This document shows, piece by piece, positions 50,631 to 64,000 of a stretch of 64,000 nt of DNA (position 1 is the stretch's first letter; each line of letters starts with the position of its first letter). Below the pieces are notes generated by a model. It did not search any database. It worked only from the letters and a program-made list of their open reading frames with translations, and had not been told where the DNA came from. The position numbers and the translations under genes are program-made. The DNA is from Eimeria praecox. Lineage: Eukaryota. Location: contig OY986948.1 in NCBI GenBank assembly GCA_963920595.1, positions 3,286,001-3,350,000 on the forward strand. The letters are read 5' to 3'.

Positions 50631-53600
50631 CGCCGCAATAGAGTTACAGACTTAAGAGAACTAAGATCGATGGCCCTCGCTACACGTTACACTTAGCACG
50701 CGTGCATGCACACAGACAAGCCCCCCTGTTACATGTACTAAAACTGTAGATAATTGCTGAAAACCTATGTGGGCTTCAGTAGTAAGTCTGGACGGAAGCA
50801 GAAGCACATTTTCCAGTTCCTGGCTGAGCAAGGTAGAAGCAGACAATCCAAAGGAGGGGGATGAAGCGATGAATATGAAAAAAGTGAGGTGGCGACCCAT
50901 CTTAACTGTAAGAAGGTAGATGGTCAAATCAATCCTACCAGTAATACCAATCAGTATTCATATAGTAATGCCGTGGGAACGTTTCCCATTCGGAACAGCC
51001 GAAACGATTCGTCGGTGGCATCCTGCCCCATGTGTGAAACCGTCACCTGTAGAGGAATTCAAGCTCTCACAACAAAGGCAACTCAAGTTAATGCCTGCTT
51101 GCTGGTGGTATATTAGGTGCTATGCGCTTCAACGTAATAAACATTAGTGTGCACATAGCGCCAACCCTGTTGCAGCAAGGGCCCAATGTGGATGCTGATC
51201 CAGCTGCGATGTCTTGTAGAACCCCGAAACTCACTGGAAACACCATTAGAATAGAAGAGTACATTATTTTATAGAGCTGGAATATCACCAGGTGGATCGA
51301 ATTCCTTTACTGAGCCCGCTACATTGCCGGGTTACGCACGGGATCTTAGCCCCAACACTGCCCATAGTGCCTTGCCTACACCGGGCGCAGTTCATTCCCT
51401 ATGTACTAAATAGTTACCGCATGCCTTTCTCGAGTTTGTGTATTTGTTGAATTTGACTTTCTTCCAGGCTTGCAGACCCATCGTAGTACCTGTCACTCTT
51501 GTTAATGCTTTCTGCCCAGCGGACAAATAATTGACCTGCCGATACCCCCCTAGCTCCATGCGATAGCTAGGCCTTCCCACCCCTTCCTTTCGTCAGGCAG
51601 ATCCTCCAAAACAGAGGTTTCTTCAATATGGTTTTCACCCATAGTGTTGGGCTTTTCGCAGTAATGATGCTTCTGTTGAGTTTGCATCAGACGCACTTCG
51701 CCCAAACCGCCGGTACGTTGGGCATCCAGCATAGTGTGACTGCACAGCCACCCTTTCTCAATTTCTTTGACACTAAATAACTACTGCAGGCCTTTATGGA
51801 GGCGGCATTGCGCTTTGCACTGCGCTATCTTACCCAGGACTGCTGCCTCACTATGCACACTGCAGGCTCTAGCCCGACACAGTAGCCTAACGCACATCAG
51901 AGGATTTGATTGGGCATCTGCAAGAAATACAGTGCGTAGAACCGTAGGGAACAACACTAGCAAACATTGATGCACGCTAGGGTCCATGCCTTTTGCTGTT
52001 TTTGCTACAGACGGAGGACCAATAGACGAAGAAACCTGTGAGTGCAACGGCCCTTAAAATATTTCGGAACGAGACAGTCCATTTTCAACGCCACTGCGTA
52101 AGCCGGAAATTGCTTTTTCAACTGTCTCCGCGTGGACTATGCGGAACAAGATGCAGACCCGATGCCAGGGCACTGCTTCTGCTTCCAAGCAGAAGGCACT
52201 GCCAACGTAAAATACTTGGACGGGTCCAGGATATCCATTGCTGCATATGCATGGATAATGGATAGATAGCTCCAACGAACGCGGGATATAGACGGTAAGG
52301 GCATCACTAGAACTGTACAGGCCGCAGCACAGAGTACGAGCAGCCCACCTGCAGAGGACGAACATATTCTGCAAGGAATGCAAAATGCACTATTAATAAG
52401 CTCCGCTTGATGATAAATGCTGTGCAAGGACTAAATTTCCTGCATGGCAGTGAGTCAAAGCTGAGGATGATTATCTTCTCTACACAGTGTGCAGTGCAGC
52501 CAGAGTCAGTGCAGCGCCAAATTCACTGTGAAATTTGTCTTCAAAACCCCAATTACCGGTTTAGCTTATTACTTGTGGCAGTTTGCTGCTGTCCTGCCCT
52601 TCAGGATTTTTCCAGATATAGCAAGCAGGTCGTGAGTTGGCGCTGCACGCTTTTTTTCAGTCTGCAGGCCACCCCATCACAAGCCAAACCCTTTGCATTG
52701 TCCCTTCAGCTCTTATTAGACCTCTTCAGCGAAAATTAGCATCGGCTTGCCTCTGCAGGTCCGCTGCACTAGCTCTGACCCCTTACGGTCACCGGATTAG
52801 AAATGGTTTAGAGTGCCGTCAGCTAAACGTCGTCCAAGACGCACGCATACCTTTAGCCTGTAAGCTGACGACTGGACCATATGAAGTTCTAACATAGCTT
52901 CTCTCTGACTGCTACCTCCACTTATTCAACAGCTTTTCCTTCTCCCTTATAATCGGTCCATGCGGGCACTATAAGGCTTCTCTTTACTCTTTATACAGAA
53001 GCATCTCCCAGCCTTTGTATTGTATGCTTTTACTGGGCTTGCAATTCTTTCCAGAGGTTTGTGAGTCTGCAAAAGCCGCAACCTCCCTGCGAGCCTAATG
53101 TTTAGACACTAGTACTGTGCGCCAATTGTCCTTCCAGTCTCCAAACCCTTCATATCCTTTTCGTTATTGGATGGTTCAGGCTGTGAGTCTCTTGCACGTT
53201 CTCACAGACTAACTGCTCACCATTTTTGGTCATTATCGTGCCTGGTATTGATTAGATTCTGCCCAATAGTGGATATTCACGGGACCATGCAGACTATTGT
53301 CCAAAATGACGCTGCCTTTCGTACACTGCCTGTTCCTCGTAGCGCGTGAGTCTACGTCAGAACCTTAACAACCGTAAGACGCTGCATTGTGTCTTCCTCA
53401 CCGTGGAGCGTAACTACCATACAGCCACTAGCGGCTGGGCCACGTGGCTTTGATGCACCTCCAGGGAGTAAGCTGCTGCTTCGCTAGCTTGCAGTAGCGA
53501 AGATTCTTATGACGAGTTGGTGCTACACTTGGAGGAGCTTTGTGAACCCAGAAGTAGAACGCTGCACGAAAAATTAAACGTTTCAGTTGGACACACTGAG

Positions 53601-53829
53601 GAGCTCGTTCTGTTCAACTTGTCCTTCCAGTTTGTCCGTTCTGCCCTCTCACCCTACGTGCTAGCCACGCTCGTTAGCTCTGCGAGATGAGTTCTGCGCT
53701 GCCGCCTGTTACTGACACGCCTTACAGTGAAAGTTTCTGTAGCTAAGCTCCACTCTGCACGTGCTCTGTTTGTTATGTAAAGGCCGTACGGCAAATACGC
53801 GTCCGTGGTGTTGCAGCCATAGAATGATA

Positions 53830-55400
53830 TGGCGGTTGACTGCGGGTATTCTGCATCTATATTTCCTTCCACTAAAATTCATTCGAGTTTATTTGCAGCG
53901 AGTACGGCTGTAGCTGTGTTCGTCAGTGCGGTCAGCCAGGTTAAAGGCGACTGCGAGCATTTGCAGAGAGCTCATCTGCGGTTCTCTGCTTCGGGACGGG
54001 TAGATAGTCGTTGTACCACAACTGACACGAGGGTGATGCGATTGGTTTTCTTTTCCAGAAAGTCAGCCGCTTGGCAGTTTAATTCCTTTTGAGTATTCCC
54101 AAAGGGTCGTGCAAGACAGTGCTGACTAGGGCCCGCATCCTGGCCGCCTTCTTCGACTATTCGGTATTTGCGCTAGATGGTACGCTTGATAACAAACAAG
54201 CAACATGCGTCGCCTAGATAACTTGCTTTCAAGTCAGTTTGAATGCAGCTGGCATATGCAGCTTCGCCAAGGTCTCTTGCCTCAGAGTGCACGAGGAGGC
54301 AGAGCTCTTCATTTCTTTGTTTCCTGCGTCATAACATGTGGCTCTCTGGAACCTAAACTGCACCCACACATCCCATCTTTCTCGAATTGACCGCTTGGTG
54401 AATCAGCTAGTATGTTCATCACACACCTACCGTATAGTAACCTGTAGTTTCACGTCATTTAAACCTTCCATTCAGAAACCGGTAAATCCGCCCTTCCCTC
54501 CCTTGGGAAATAGGGAGTGAGCTTGAAAGGGCCATTGTTCTCGCTGCTGGGGGATGTAGGCACTACTGCAAGCCATTCAGGTCACTAAAGAAGCAGGCCA
54601 TCAAGCTTGGTTCGGCAGCAAAGGCGTAAATGACGACAAACGGAAAACCCCAGCGTCGTGCTGGAAGGATTAGTGCAAAGCTTACTAGCCGTTCTTGCAA
54701 AGTGTGCCGTCTTGCAGCTGGTGCGCTCATATTTAGCTGTCTTCTGCCTTGATTTGGCGCGAAAGCCTGTTCTGTATCATCACTGCTCTTTAGAGACGTC
54801 GGACGTCACGACTTCCTGTCAATGCGCAGACAGTAAGCAACTAAATACTTCCAATACAAGCACGAACTTGGCGGTACCTGACGGAAAGAAAGTGGATGCA
54901 TCGAGCATACGATTTTCCTGCGATGTGAGCTGTCCTCTGCTTTCAGGAGGCAGTGAGCTTGTAGTACACACAGCTAAATGGGTTGCATACCGGTAGAAAG
55001 AAGGTTTCTCAATCTCGTTGCAGTAGTCTCCCATCCCCCGGATTTCCCCCCTCTGGTTATTTGGACCGAACCCTCTCGAAGTGCCGGCTTGTTTCATCCC
55101 TACAGAGAATGATTGGCATATCACACCAGAGTTCTCTCCCAGTTGGGTGCCCCGGGCAGGAAGTAAGGGCAACTATAGCGTGGGCTCAACACGGAATAGA
55201 ACGATTTCGCAGCCCGTTGCGGGTTCGCGTTTCATGCCAAGGCCTTATTTCCACCTATATGGCCAAAACATAGCTAGTACGGACTCACTGCTAGCCTCAC
55301 TTCGCTGCCGGCTGGCTCTGCTAAATTCGGTAGATTTTTCACATATGAAGTGCGTACTCACCATTTGTGAAGATGTGTGTGCGCAGGCGTGAAATGAGAG
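53830..55400 (+). mobile_element. Second, heavily decayed Ty3/Gypsy pol remnant (RNase H then integrase-like fragments)
   Basis: In the expected order: AASTAVAVFVSAVSQ (cf. DAS..AIGAVL.Q), LVFFSRKSAAWQFN (cf. VAF.SRKL..AE.NY), RRLDNLLSSQF (cf. RWLDFLSQF), EGLVQSLL (cf. GLLQPL), FIPTENDWH (cf. YI....DW). Many stops and frameshifts. Confidence 0.5.
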
Positions 55401-57013
55401 GGGAACCTGCCCGCCTACCAACAACTGCACAACCAATGACCCTCTGATAGGTGTGGGGTACTCTTGGGTTCCAGGACGTAAGCGGTTGTAAATGCTGCTT
55501 TTAGCCCTAATCTTAGTCTTAATGCACTGAAAAGAACTCATTCCTGCTTCTTGCCAAGGCTGTAACACATGAAATCGATCTATTATCCCCTAAACACCTG
55601 ATTGCCCGCTGTAGATCACAGATGTTGAAAACGGTTTCTTCTAAAGGCAAGTGCACACCTCCACGGCGCTAGCTCTTTTTCGCGGACGGGCGTCCTGAAC
55701 GGCCGGACGTTTTAGGAAACCATCATTCTGGCCTACTATCCTCTCTTCCACGACGCTCCCTAGTTCTCTTGCGTTTCGGCTGACGCCGGTTTTAGTACGT
55801 AAACGAGGCAGTACTGCAGCTGCCGTGTTGCCGTCAATGGCGGACGACTAGCCAAAAGTGAACTGAACGCTACTTCACCTTGCTTGTCCAATACAGGAAG
55901 TACGTGTAGACGGAATTGCACCTCCGTGTACTTTAATTCCAAGGTTATTGTCACTACAAAGCCTTTGCTTCCCATTCGCGAAGCGGGGTGGCATTACTGG
56001 GAGATTCCGCGTGATGGCAGATGGTACGTGGCTTGCACCATGCTTTTCAAACTATAGATGATTGGAATGACTTGGAAGTGCGGCAGTTTAAAGGATACGA
56101 TATGATGGCAATTTACTTCCCACCGAGTATGCAGCACGTAAGTCTCCGTAACCCAATGCTTCCGTACATTTGCACGTGGGGGCCGCCAGCCATATGCAAG
56201 CGGCTCTTACTCTGACATCCTAATGCCTCTTAACATGCCTCAGCGCCCCGTAGCTCCCTAATGGTGCAGGTTAATATCTCATGCTGTTTAAGCCGGCAAG
56301 TTGCCTAAATTTTCCCCGTGTCTCCTACTATAGTTGCCCGTACAGCGTAGTGTGCCTGACCTAAAATGCATCGCAGTGCTGTTCATATTCTGAGAGATGT
56401 TTCTGGATTGTCAATTAGTTGGTGGGTTTCTTTTTGAAGACTGATTTGCCCATGATGTGTATCATCCTCATGCTCGTGGCCAGCTCTCCTAATGGATACA
56501 TCTGGAGATAGTTGGTATGTACGAAATGCTTGCTATTCCTTCTGCATTCATTGCAACGACGGCATGTGCTGATGCCCTTCCCAGGATGTGCGTTAGCACG
56601 GTTGCATGAACTCCAGCAGGCGTCTCTGTTGCCCACCATGCGGCTCAGTGAGCCATGTCGGCATCGATGGCGCCAGTTTAGGCCGCGTAGTATAATAAAC
56701 CCACGCACACACTCCGGGACGAAAGCAGTGCTATTTTATGCCGGACTGACATTAGCTCGTGAGTTCTGCCGAGCAGAGTTTTTGCCTGGAAAAACAACGC
56801 CTGCAGATTGTATTGTTACATAACAAATGAGTACTCCTGGAGGTTGTGCGGCAACCCCAGGCAGTGCGGCTTACCATGCCAGGACTGCAGCTGCGTGTCT
56901 ATTTTTGTTCTATCCACTGCATATCCCATGTTAGCTAGGAAGCGTGCGTGCTTGAAGAGGACGAATGCACCTTATGGGAGCTTGCACGCTAGGTAGTGAG
57001 CCCATAATCATGG

Positions 57014-57047
57014 CAGCATTCAGTCTTTGCCAGCATTCAGTCTTTGC
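57014..57047 (+). repeat. Exact 17-bp tandem duplication CAGCATTCAGTCTTTGC
   Basis: Copies at 57014-57030 and 57031-57047. Confidence 0.9.
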
Positions 57048-60000
57048 CTGAGGCGTAGGGTGCGCTGGTACAACCCAATAACATTTACGTTGTCACATTT
57101 CGTGACCTGCAAGTTGCCTGTTGCTATGCCTCGTCTGTCTAGTGAGGGCGATTTGCGCTTATTAGCACCCTGCAGCTAAGCATTGGTGGCGTTTGTGCAT
57201 CGTACCCTTTGAGTTCGGTGCATGCAGAAGGTGAGCGCAAACGCTAATCTGTAGAATCCATATATTTTCTTGTCCTTTCAGTGGCAGCAGCTTCGTGCAT
57301 GGCGGTCATCGGCTAGCTATCAGGCTCCTCCAGAAACACCTGGTTGTATTGTTGCCAGGCAGTAGGTCTGAAACAGACGAACCAACAACTCATAGGCCAC
57401 CTTAGTGCTTGCCATTAGCACGCATCCGCAGTCCTAGCTGATCTGGATGTGCGCAACGAGACGTACATCGTTTTGTAGAAAGTGAGTCAGCATATTTTAC
57501 ATTTGAAAGTTGCATCCGCTGCGCCGGCTGCCATTTTTGAGAAGGTCCAGCCAGCCTTGCAATGCTGTGGGGATCGTCTTAATAGGATGTAAGTGGCGTT
57601 CCTGGTTCATGCTTGCACGAAGGTGCCGACAGGTGGGATTGATAGGGATGGCCACGCAGCACGCTCAGCGCTCAGTGCAGTCCTAAAGCGGAAAGGTTGC
57701 TTCGTATTCACAGAAGGTGAGGGGAAGCGCTCGATCAACCTGACTCGTAGCGTGCTCGACGAATGAGGGTATGACGTACCGCGTTGCTTTCTTTGTGGCG
57801 AATGCATGGCGCAATTTGCTGCTCAGTTCAAGTTAGCTTTATATGGTAGGCCAACGGCTTTGCTGAATATGAAGATGGAGCTTGTGAGTCGTGCGGCAGG
57901 CTAACGTTTTTGCGCCTGGCACTGCTGCTGGGCAAGGCGACTTCTTGAAAATTGGGACAGGACAGCCTTGTGGGGTTTGCACACCACAAAATGCAACCGT
58001 TCCCTTCGTAAGTGTCGAGCGTCTCTTGTGCTCTAGATAGTAGGTCGCCGGGATTTCCTTGGTCAGGGATACAGCTAGCAGGTTAGTCACAGAATGTTTG
58101 CTTTATCGAGCCTCTTTACTTGGTCGTGCACGACTTGAATTGATTTGGCCAGCCAGTAAGAATCACGCGGTACCAGTCTCTGCGGGTCATAATAAGACAT
58201 CTGAGAGACTCCTCTTGGGACTCGTTCGCGCCCAATACCTGCATGCTAATGCGTCTGCGCAGGGCGTGCGTCATGGAGGCTTTTAAAACCATCAGCAGCA
58301 TTAAATCGTAGACGCTTACATCAGTCTTTGATGGGTCTCAGTGTGATCTTAGTGTGAGCTATGCGCTGGCTTTTCCATAGTGGATGGTGAGTCTTATTTT
58401 CCCCTGGAATCCACAGATGCAGCTTAGTGCACTGAATGCTATAGGGAAGGCAGCGTTGCGCGGACACATCATCTGCCCATTCCTTTGGTAGCCACGGTAC
58501 ATGCGAACGCGAAGGAGATTGAATGTGCTCAGCGCACTTGTGGATTGGTTTTTCTTCAGAGGTCTGTGAGTCGAAATAGGGTACTGAGAGACTCATATAC
58601 ACAAGGTTCTACCATGGACACTTGCTGCAATTCTGTTCGCTGCTTTGCCTCTTTGCATGCAGAGTGGCGACAGCGGATCAGCAATGAAAACCGTATGCTC
58701 ACGAATGGAGCTAAGAACAGGCTGTTTCGCACGCCGTTTCGCCCCTATATTTGCCTCCGACAACAATGGCCTGTTGCAGAGAGTATGGCAAATGACATAA
58801 ATTTTAAGGGTGGTGCTATTTAATCTCCATAGTGGTGTGTGGCTACCCTGGCTACTTACTGCAGGATTCCCCACTCGACTACGGCTAGGAAAAATTCATT
58901 GTCTCTGGCAAAATGTGGCAGCTTGTGCGTTCAACGAAGCCATGGTCTTGCTATTTCCTTTCGCTTTGTGCTTCTCTTTCTGAAGAGCTGCAGTTGCCCT
59001 CCTCCTCCCCCCCCGCCCTCCCCCCCAGCATTGCGGAGGAACGCCTCAAGGGTCAGAGCCAAAATCATTTGATAGATTATTGACTTATATGCCTATTTAT
59101 ATCATCAGTCTGACAGTTTCCTTCAACCCTCAGAAAGACAATGAAGCCTCTAGTGTTTTTATCTTAACGTTTGCACCCGCGTGGGACCCCGGTAGCGCCT
59201 GCGTTGGCTACAACGGTTTGGACAGCAGCTGCTGACTTTTGACGCAGGGCGTAAGGCACCCGGCCTGCTGCTCAGCAAAGCCATGCTATTTATGCGGGTC
59301 ACCGATGAATACACACCCCAGTTTCTACTTGCCCACCATAAAAGGCGTGGGCCAACCAGAGGTTCTCCACGCACCTACATTGCGAAGCTCAGGCGTTGCT
59401 CCTTCTGACGCATGGGAAGATGGCGCTTCACTGCAGACCGCCGCCAAATGTAAATACAAGGAAAGCTCCTATGCTGCTCACTCCGCAGCGATACTGCATT
59501 TGGAAGCCGAAGCACAGTTGTCAATGACGAGTTTAAGGAACCAGATTCCCCGCCCCTGTTGGATAGAGGGTGTTGCTATCGGAGCATATTCACAGGATGT
59601 GAGTTTGTTGCCAAGAAGCATTTCGTGTGATTGTGTGATTGTGGCCAGAAACGTGGTTCCATGTTCTTGAGCAAGCCAAGCATTGGCATTCAATCTATTC
59701 GCAGATTGTGAGTGCTCATGGTACATTTCTGAAGTAGAGCGCCTCCTGGTTCAGCACCAGGCGTTAGCGCTGGTGCATCATCAGCGGCAAACTAACATGC
59801 TGGCTGCACCACATGGTGCAAGCAGAATATGCTTAAAAGGGCCACCTGATGCTAGGCATTCCGTGGCGAATGCTAACCTTAAGCTAGCCTTAAGACTGCT
59901 GTGCGGAAAGCCTGTGTGTTATTGGGAAATAGGTTGTCCCGAGGCTTGAAGCTGCTTGCTACCTGGCCGGTACCGATAACGATAGGCCATCCCTCATGGT

Positions 60001-63000
60001 TGCCAAGTAAAAGTTCCTTTTGCGGATAAAACAGGGCCTAAAGACAAGAGCAGCTTGAAACGCCTTAGTCGGTGCCTGCGCAGCTGGACTGCTCACCTAA
60101 TCGGTCACAATAGCTGGGACAGCTCGAAGTTGGATAGGTAAGCCCTCACCGCCCATGCTTCATAAGTGAAGGCGTGATTACACTCTGCTGCTGTTGCAAT
60201 GCCGCTGCTAAGTGTGGTATGCGGCTGCAATTAGCACATCTGGAAGCCTTATATGAACGCGAGCGAGTCCTTGAGCGGCAAATGCGTCCTCGCAAGCTGG
60301 ACACTAGCTATACAATGTTGTTAAGTTCCAGCCTTCTTCCTTTGGATGGGAGCAATCAGTGTAATGCCTTCCTGAGGGCGCACGGCAATGCACTAATTCC
60401 TAAGCTAGGTGCACGCGTTTCGTCTTACACGCGGGTTGTCATACAGCATAGTTCTCCGGCTCCTCAGTCAATTATCATAGGCCCGCGCATGCGTGACCAG
60501 CGTGCACTGGGCACCAGCCAGTAAGCGGAAGACCATTCAAAACAGAGCAGTCGTTTTGGGTTAGTGGCAGACGTCGCTGGGTGAATGCTGGGAAGACAAT
60601 GACTAATCCACCGATTGCACGAACAACAGGCTTCAGGAGTCCGGTAGGAGAGCCAGAGTGGTTGCAGTTTTATAGTATTGGTGACCATGTGCTACCTGCT
60701 CCCGCTGTGGTGGATGCCTAGCCCTGAGGTTCCAGTTGGCTGCATACAAGCAAAGCCAGTATGCCCTGACCTCCTGACCTCTGTTTCCTTGAGTGCGCTG
60801 AGGGGAAGCGTAGGTTCAAGCAGCGGATGCGAGCGCCGTGAAGGTAGTGATGGAAAGCAACCGACGCTTGTAACGGGACCTTATCAAGCTTGCCAATGAC
60901 CAGGAAGTACTTTAAGAATGAACCACATTGCTTTTACACGGTGGTTTGGATATTCATATCTAGGAAGAGCTTTATCCGTAACTTCCTTGCTCCACTTTAG
61001 AGCATTTTCTTCGTGGGGGGAGGTCCGCTGCTTGTGCGAGTGGCACAGTTAGTGGTTTTTTTATACAGAAGGAAATGGGGAACTTGCCAAAGCTTGTGAC
61101 TTTGAGCAGACGGTTGTTGTAAGTGGTAGGTGCACACTAACGGCTTTGCACAGGCAGAAAGGGATTTCCACTTTGCATGCCTGCTGCAATTTGCTCAACG
61201 TAAAAGACACCTTTATTTTATACCTTTAACAAGGAGTCCACTCCATTTGATGAACAGTAAATTGCACGCAGTGCATAGTGCTGAGATGTTTGGGACATTC
61301 GCAGGCTTTTTCTACAGGTCTGGGGCCACGGAATGCTTGCAGATCATGGCCTTTGCGAAACTTTGTGTAAAGGAGAAGGCAGCGAGTGCTCGGCACATCC
61401 TGCGTACGCTGCCCGTCAGCCAAGCTGCGGTGCTCCGGTATAACTGTCAGGTGGTAAGTTAGCCAACAGGGGGTTTATTTACCACCTGGAGTCGGAAAGG
61501 GTTACACATACCCGTGGAATGTGCGGCATTTGCACTTAACGCTGCTGGACAAGCATTTTTGCCGACGAGTTTGCAGGTAGTAAGGCTTCATGAAGCCCGT
61601 CGTTTTCGTTGCCTTTTAAGTAACAGACACGTTAATTGAATAGACAGTGCGCTAAAAAATGTTCTCTTCCTGTTGCGTTGCGTTGCTCCAGGAGGCTGTA
61701 GGTCGGTAGGCTGCCTGGGATTTCGCCTAGAGCACGTCGACAAGCAATGCCACAGGTAAGCAATGGTGAGTCGTTTTAGTCCTCCACATGCAGTGCGAAG
61801 TCAAGGTGTAGCAAGCTAGGCCATTTTCCCCCGTCATGTAAAATACGCCCCGTTTTGCGTGCTAAATCAGAACCGCAACACTGTGCCTTCTGCCTAAACG
61901 CTTGCTTACTCCGCGCAGCTACCTCTTCACTGGCGAAAGTTGGTAATTGGTGTTTCAAAACGTAGTGCGCGGTTGCTCTTCCTGACAGCCAACCTTGCTG
62001 GAATTAGCGGGAGGACGGACGGCAGTGGGTAAGTGTCCAATAGGCACATTGGCGCATGTTTTTGGTCACCCTCGTTTTGCCGACGCGGCTGGGTGTTCAG
62101 AAATACGGAGGAGCGGTGCTAGAGTATTCGAGGGTACCTTGTTCGTGGTCTAGCCCTATCGGCTAGCAGAAGCCTAACTCGACTCATCTAGAGGTGGCGT
62201 TTCTGGTTTGTACACGTCTGGCGAAAGGGCCAGAGGGCAACTTATGACTAGGCAAGTAATGGTGCAAGAGGAATCGGCAAGAGCGGCATATTTCAGAGAT
62301 ATCGCGTCTTAAAATGCGCACCTGCAGGAAGTGTGTATAAGCACCTGCGTGGAAAATATATTGCTTCTTTGAGCCGTCGGATCTGCTTTAGCTGTGTGTT
62401 GGCTGCTTGGGTGTGGACTGGCAAATCACAGTGATGCCCTTCCTATGTGGCGGAATGCTTTGAAAGCGCGTACGCTGAAGCCTCACCTGCACAGCTTCGC
62501 TCGGAAACCCACGGCTTGATCACGTATTCTTTGTGGTGCCTTTGCGTCAGCTCCAGGCATAATACGCTTCAGAACTCACCTCAGGGAGCCCGTATATGTA
62601 CTGCGTGGGGATTTTCTGTGCACTTGCAGAACAGAGTTGTTTCGACAGGCGGAATCTCGGCAGGTTCACTAGTCCCAGTTGGGCATCTTGAGAGTCCTTG
62701 AACACAATTCCGAGGAGCCAGCACTGGTTCATTGGTAAACCACACCATTAAGAATCCACTCAGCGTTCTGAGCCGCGGCTACCCTGCGTGGCATTGCCGA
62801 GTTTATCGGCATGACGGCTTCATCCAGTGGTATATTGATACCGTATTTGAGTCGGACTGGGAAATGCCAACTGTTCATAAAGCTGGTACGTTTCACTGGT
62901 AAAAATTTAAGGTAATTTCCCAAAGAGGCTCACTCCTGCTAACCCAATTTTCGAGGCATTCCCCAATTTTCCTGGATAGCTCAGCACCTGCAAGCAATGG

Positions 63001-64000
63001 CGTAATATATACGATAAAGAGAGTGCGCTTAATGTTGATTCATGATTACTCCAACGCCGTAGGGTGGATTTTCCTGTCATCCTGGCTTCATTTGTCCCGC
63101 ACAAATCACCACTCTGCCTCCAGCTGAAGCAAGTGCGTGGAGGTCTGACGGGTGCACCACCGCTGGTGTGTCAGACTAGAGCCTGACGACTCTTTTAGTC
63201 GAAAGGCTGTATCCTGTTATCACCTGCGCGCTTCATGCCTTTAGGGGTGCTGGTCATCGAGCCCTTGGAATGCTGGTGACAGCTGGCAGTGGTTTAGCTA
63301 CCGCTGAGGAACCAGCCAAAGTACACGTTGCCGTCAAAAGGCGGCAAGCACACTCCATGCACTGTTGCTGTGGTGTACAGGCAGTGAGGATCGTCCTACT
63401 AAAACATAATTACTAATAACTTTATATATTAGTTTTGGTTACAGTGCTGAGGCCCACTGTCCATCACGGTAACGTGCGCTACACCTGATGCTGCACACTC
63501 GCTTCAACTACCCCAACGCGAGAACGAAATGGAGGCAGCAACGACAACACTGGCGTCCTGCTGCGGTTGCACTGGGCTTAAGCACTGCCAGCAAACGCAC
63601 AACTGGGCACATGATAGCAACCGCATTTCGACGCAGCTTTGCGCCTCTTCCTCCACCGGATGGACCCTTCCTTTTCATCAGCACTGCCACGAAGCCGCGA
63701 TCGCGTCAGACTTCCCACTGTCTCTTTGTCAGAGGAGCACGTCCTCACCCGTCCTGGCTCCATATCTGTCGGCTGCTAGATGCATCTCTAAGCGAGCTTA
63801 CGGCTGCGCGCAGATTTGTGGATTCTTATGGTTCTTGAGTTTGATGGTGAATCAGATGGTAGTGTTGCTTATGTTTGGATGCCAATGACCAGGCAGTATG
63901 CATCGATTGTCGAATACCCTAAATATGTGCGCGTTGAAATAATAATGATGCGGTAAGGCTGGTTTCTGACCAACTCCAGCGCGGTGCGGTTGTAAGCAGT

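Noticed and set aside
51392..51760. Minus-strand peptides faintly like an integrase zinc finger and YKPG motif
   Set aside because: Key His/Cys residues are missing and the order is inconsistent with pol; cannot be separated from chance.

Overview
Eukaryotic, intron-rich DNA of a coccidian apicomplexan, most like Eimeria (CAG/CTG and TA microsatellites, TGCATGCA motifs, ApiAP2 gene, degenerate TTTAGGG heptamers); the organism is inferred. All gene calls are motif recognition from memory, not database searches. 1-7.9 kb is AT- and microsatellite-rich and carries a divergent Naa30/Mak3-like GNAT acetyltransferase (+) and Kae1/OSGEP (-), both with homopolymer insertions. At 8.4-9.4 kb, where the sequence turns repeat-poor, are three identical tRNA-Glu(TTC) genes plus an anticodon-less tRNA-Glu look-alike in nested inverted repeats. 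10-44.5 kb is gene-dense: a signal peptide/Kelch/EGF/TM protein (+), WDR90/POC16 (-), a divergent CFIm25/NUDT21 (-), an FMC1-like protein (+), MRM2/RrmJ (-), RPL34 (-), SFT2 (+) and an ApiAP2 factor with two AP2 and ACDC-like domains (-). 44.5-64 kb has no intact gene I can recognise, but holds a decayed Ty3/Gypsy LTR retrotransposon with diverged, partly triplicated LTRs and probably a second, more decayed element. Most short ORFs in the track are microsatellite or antisense artefacts.
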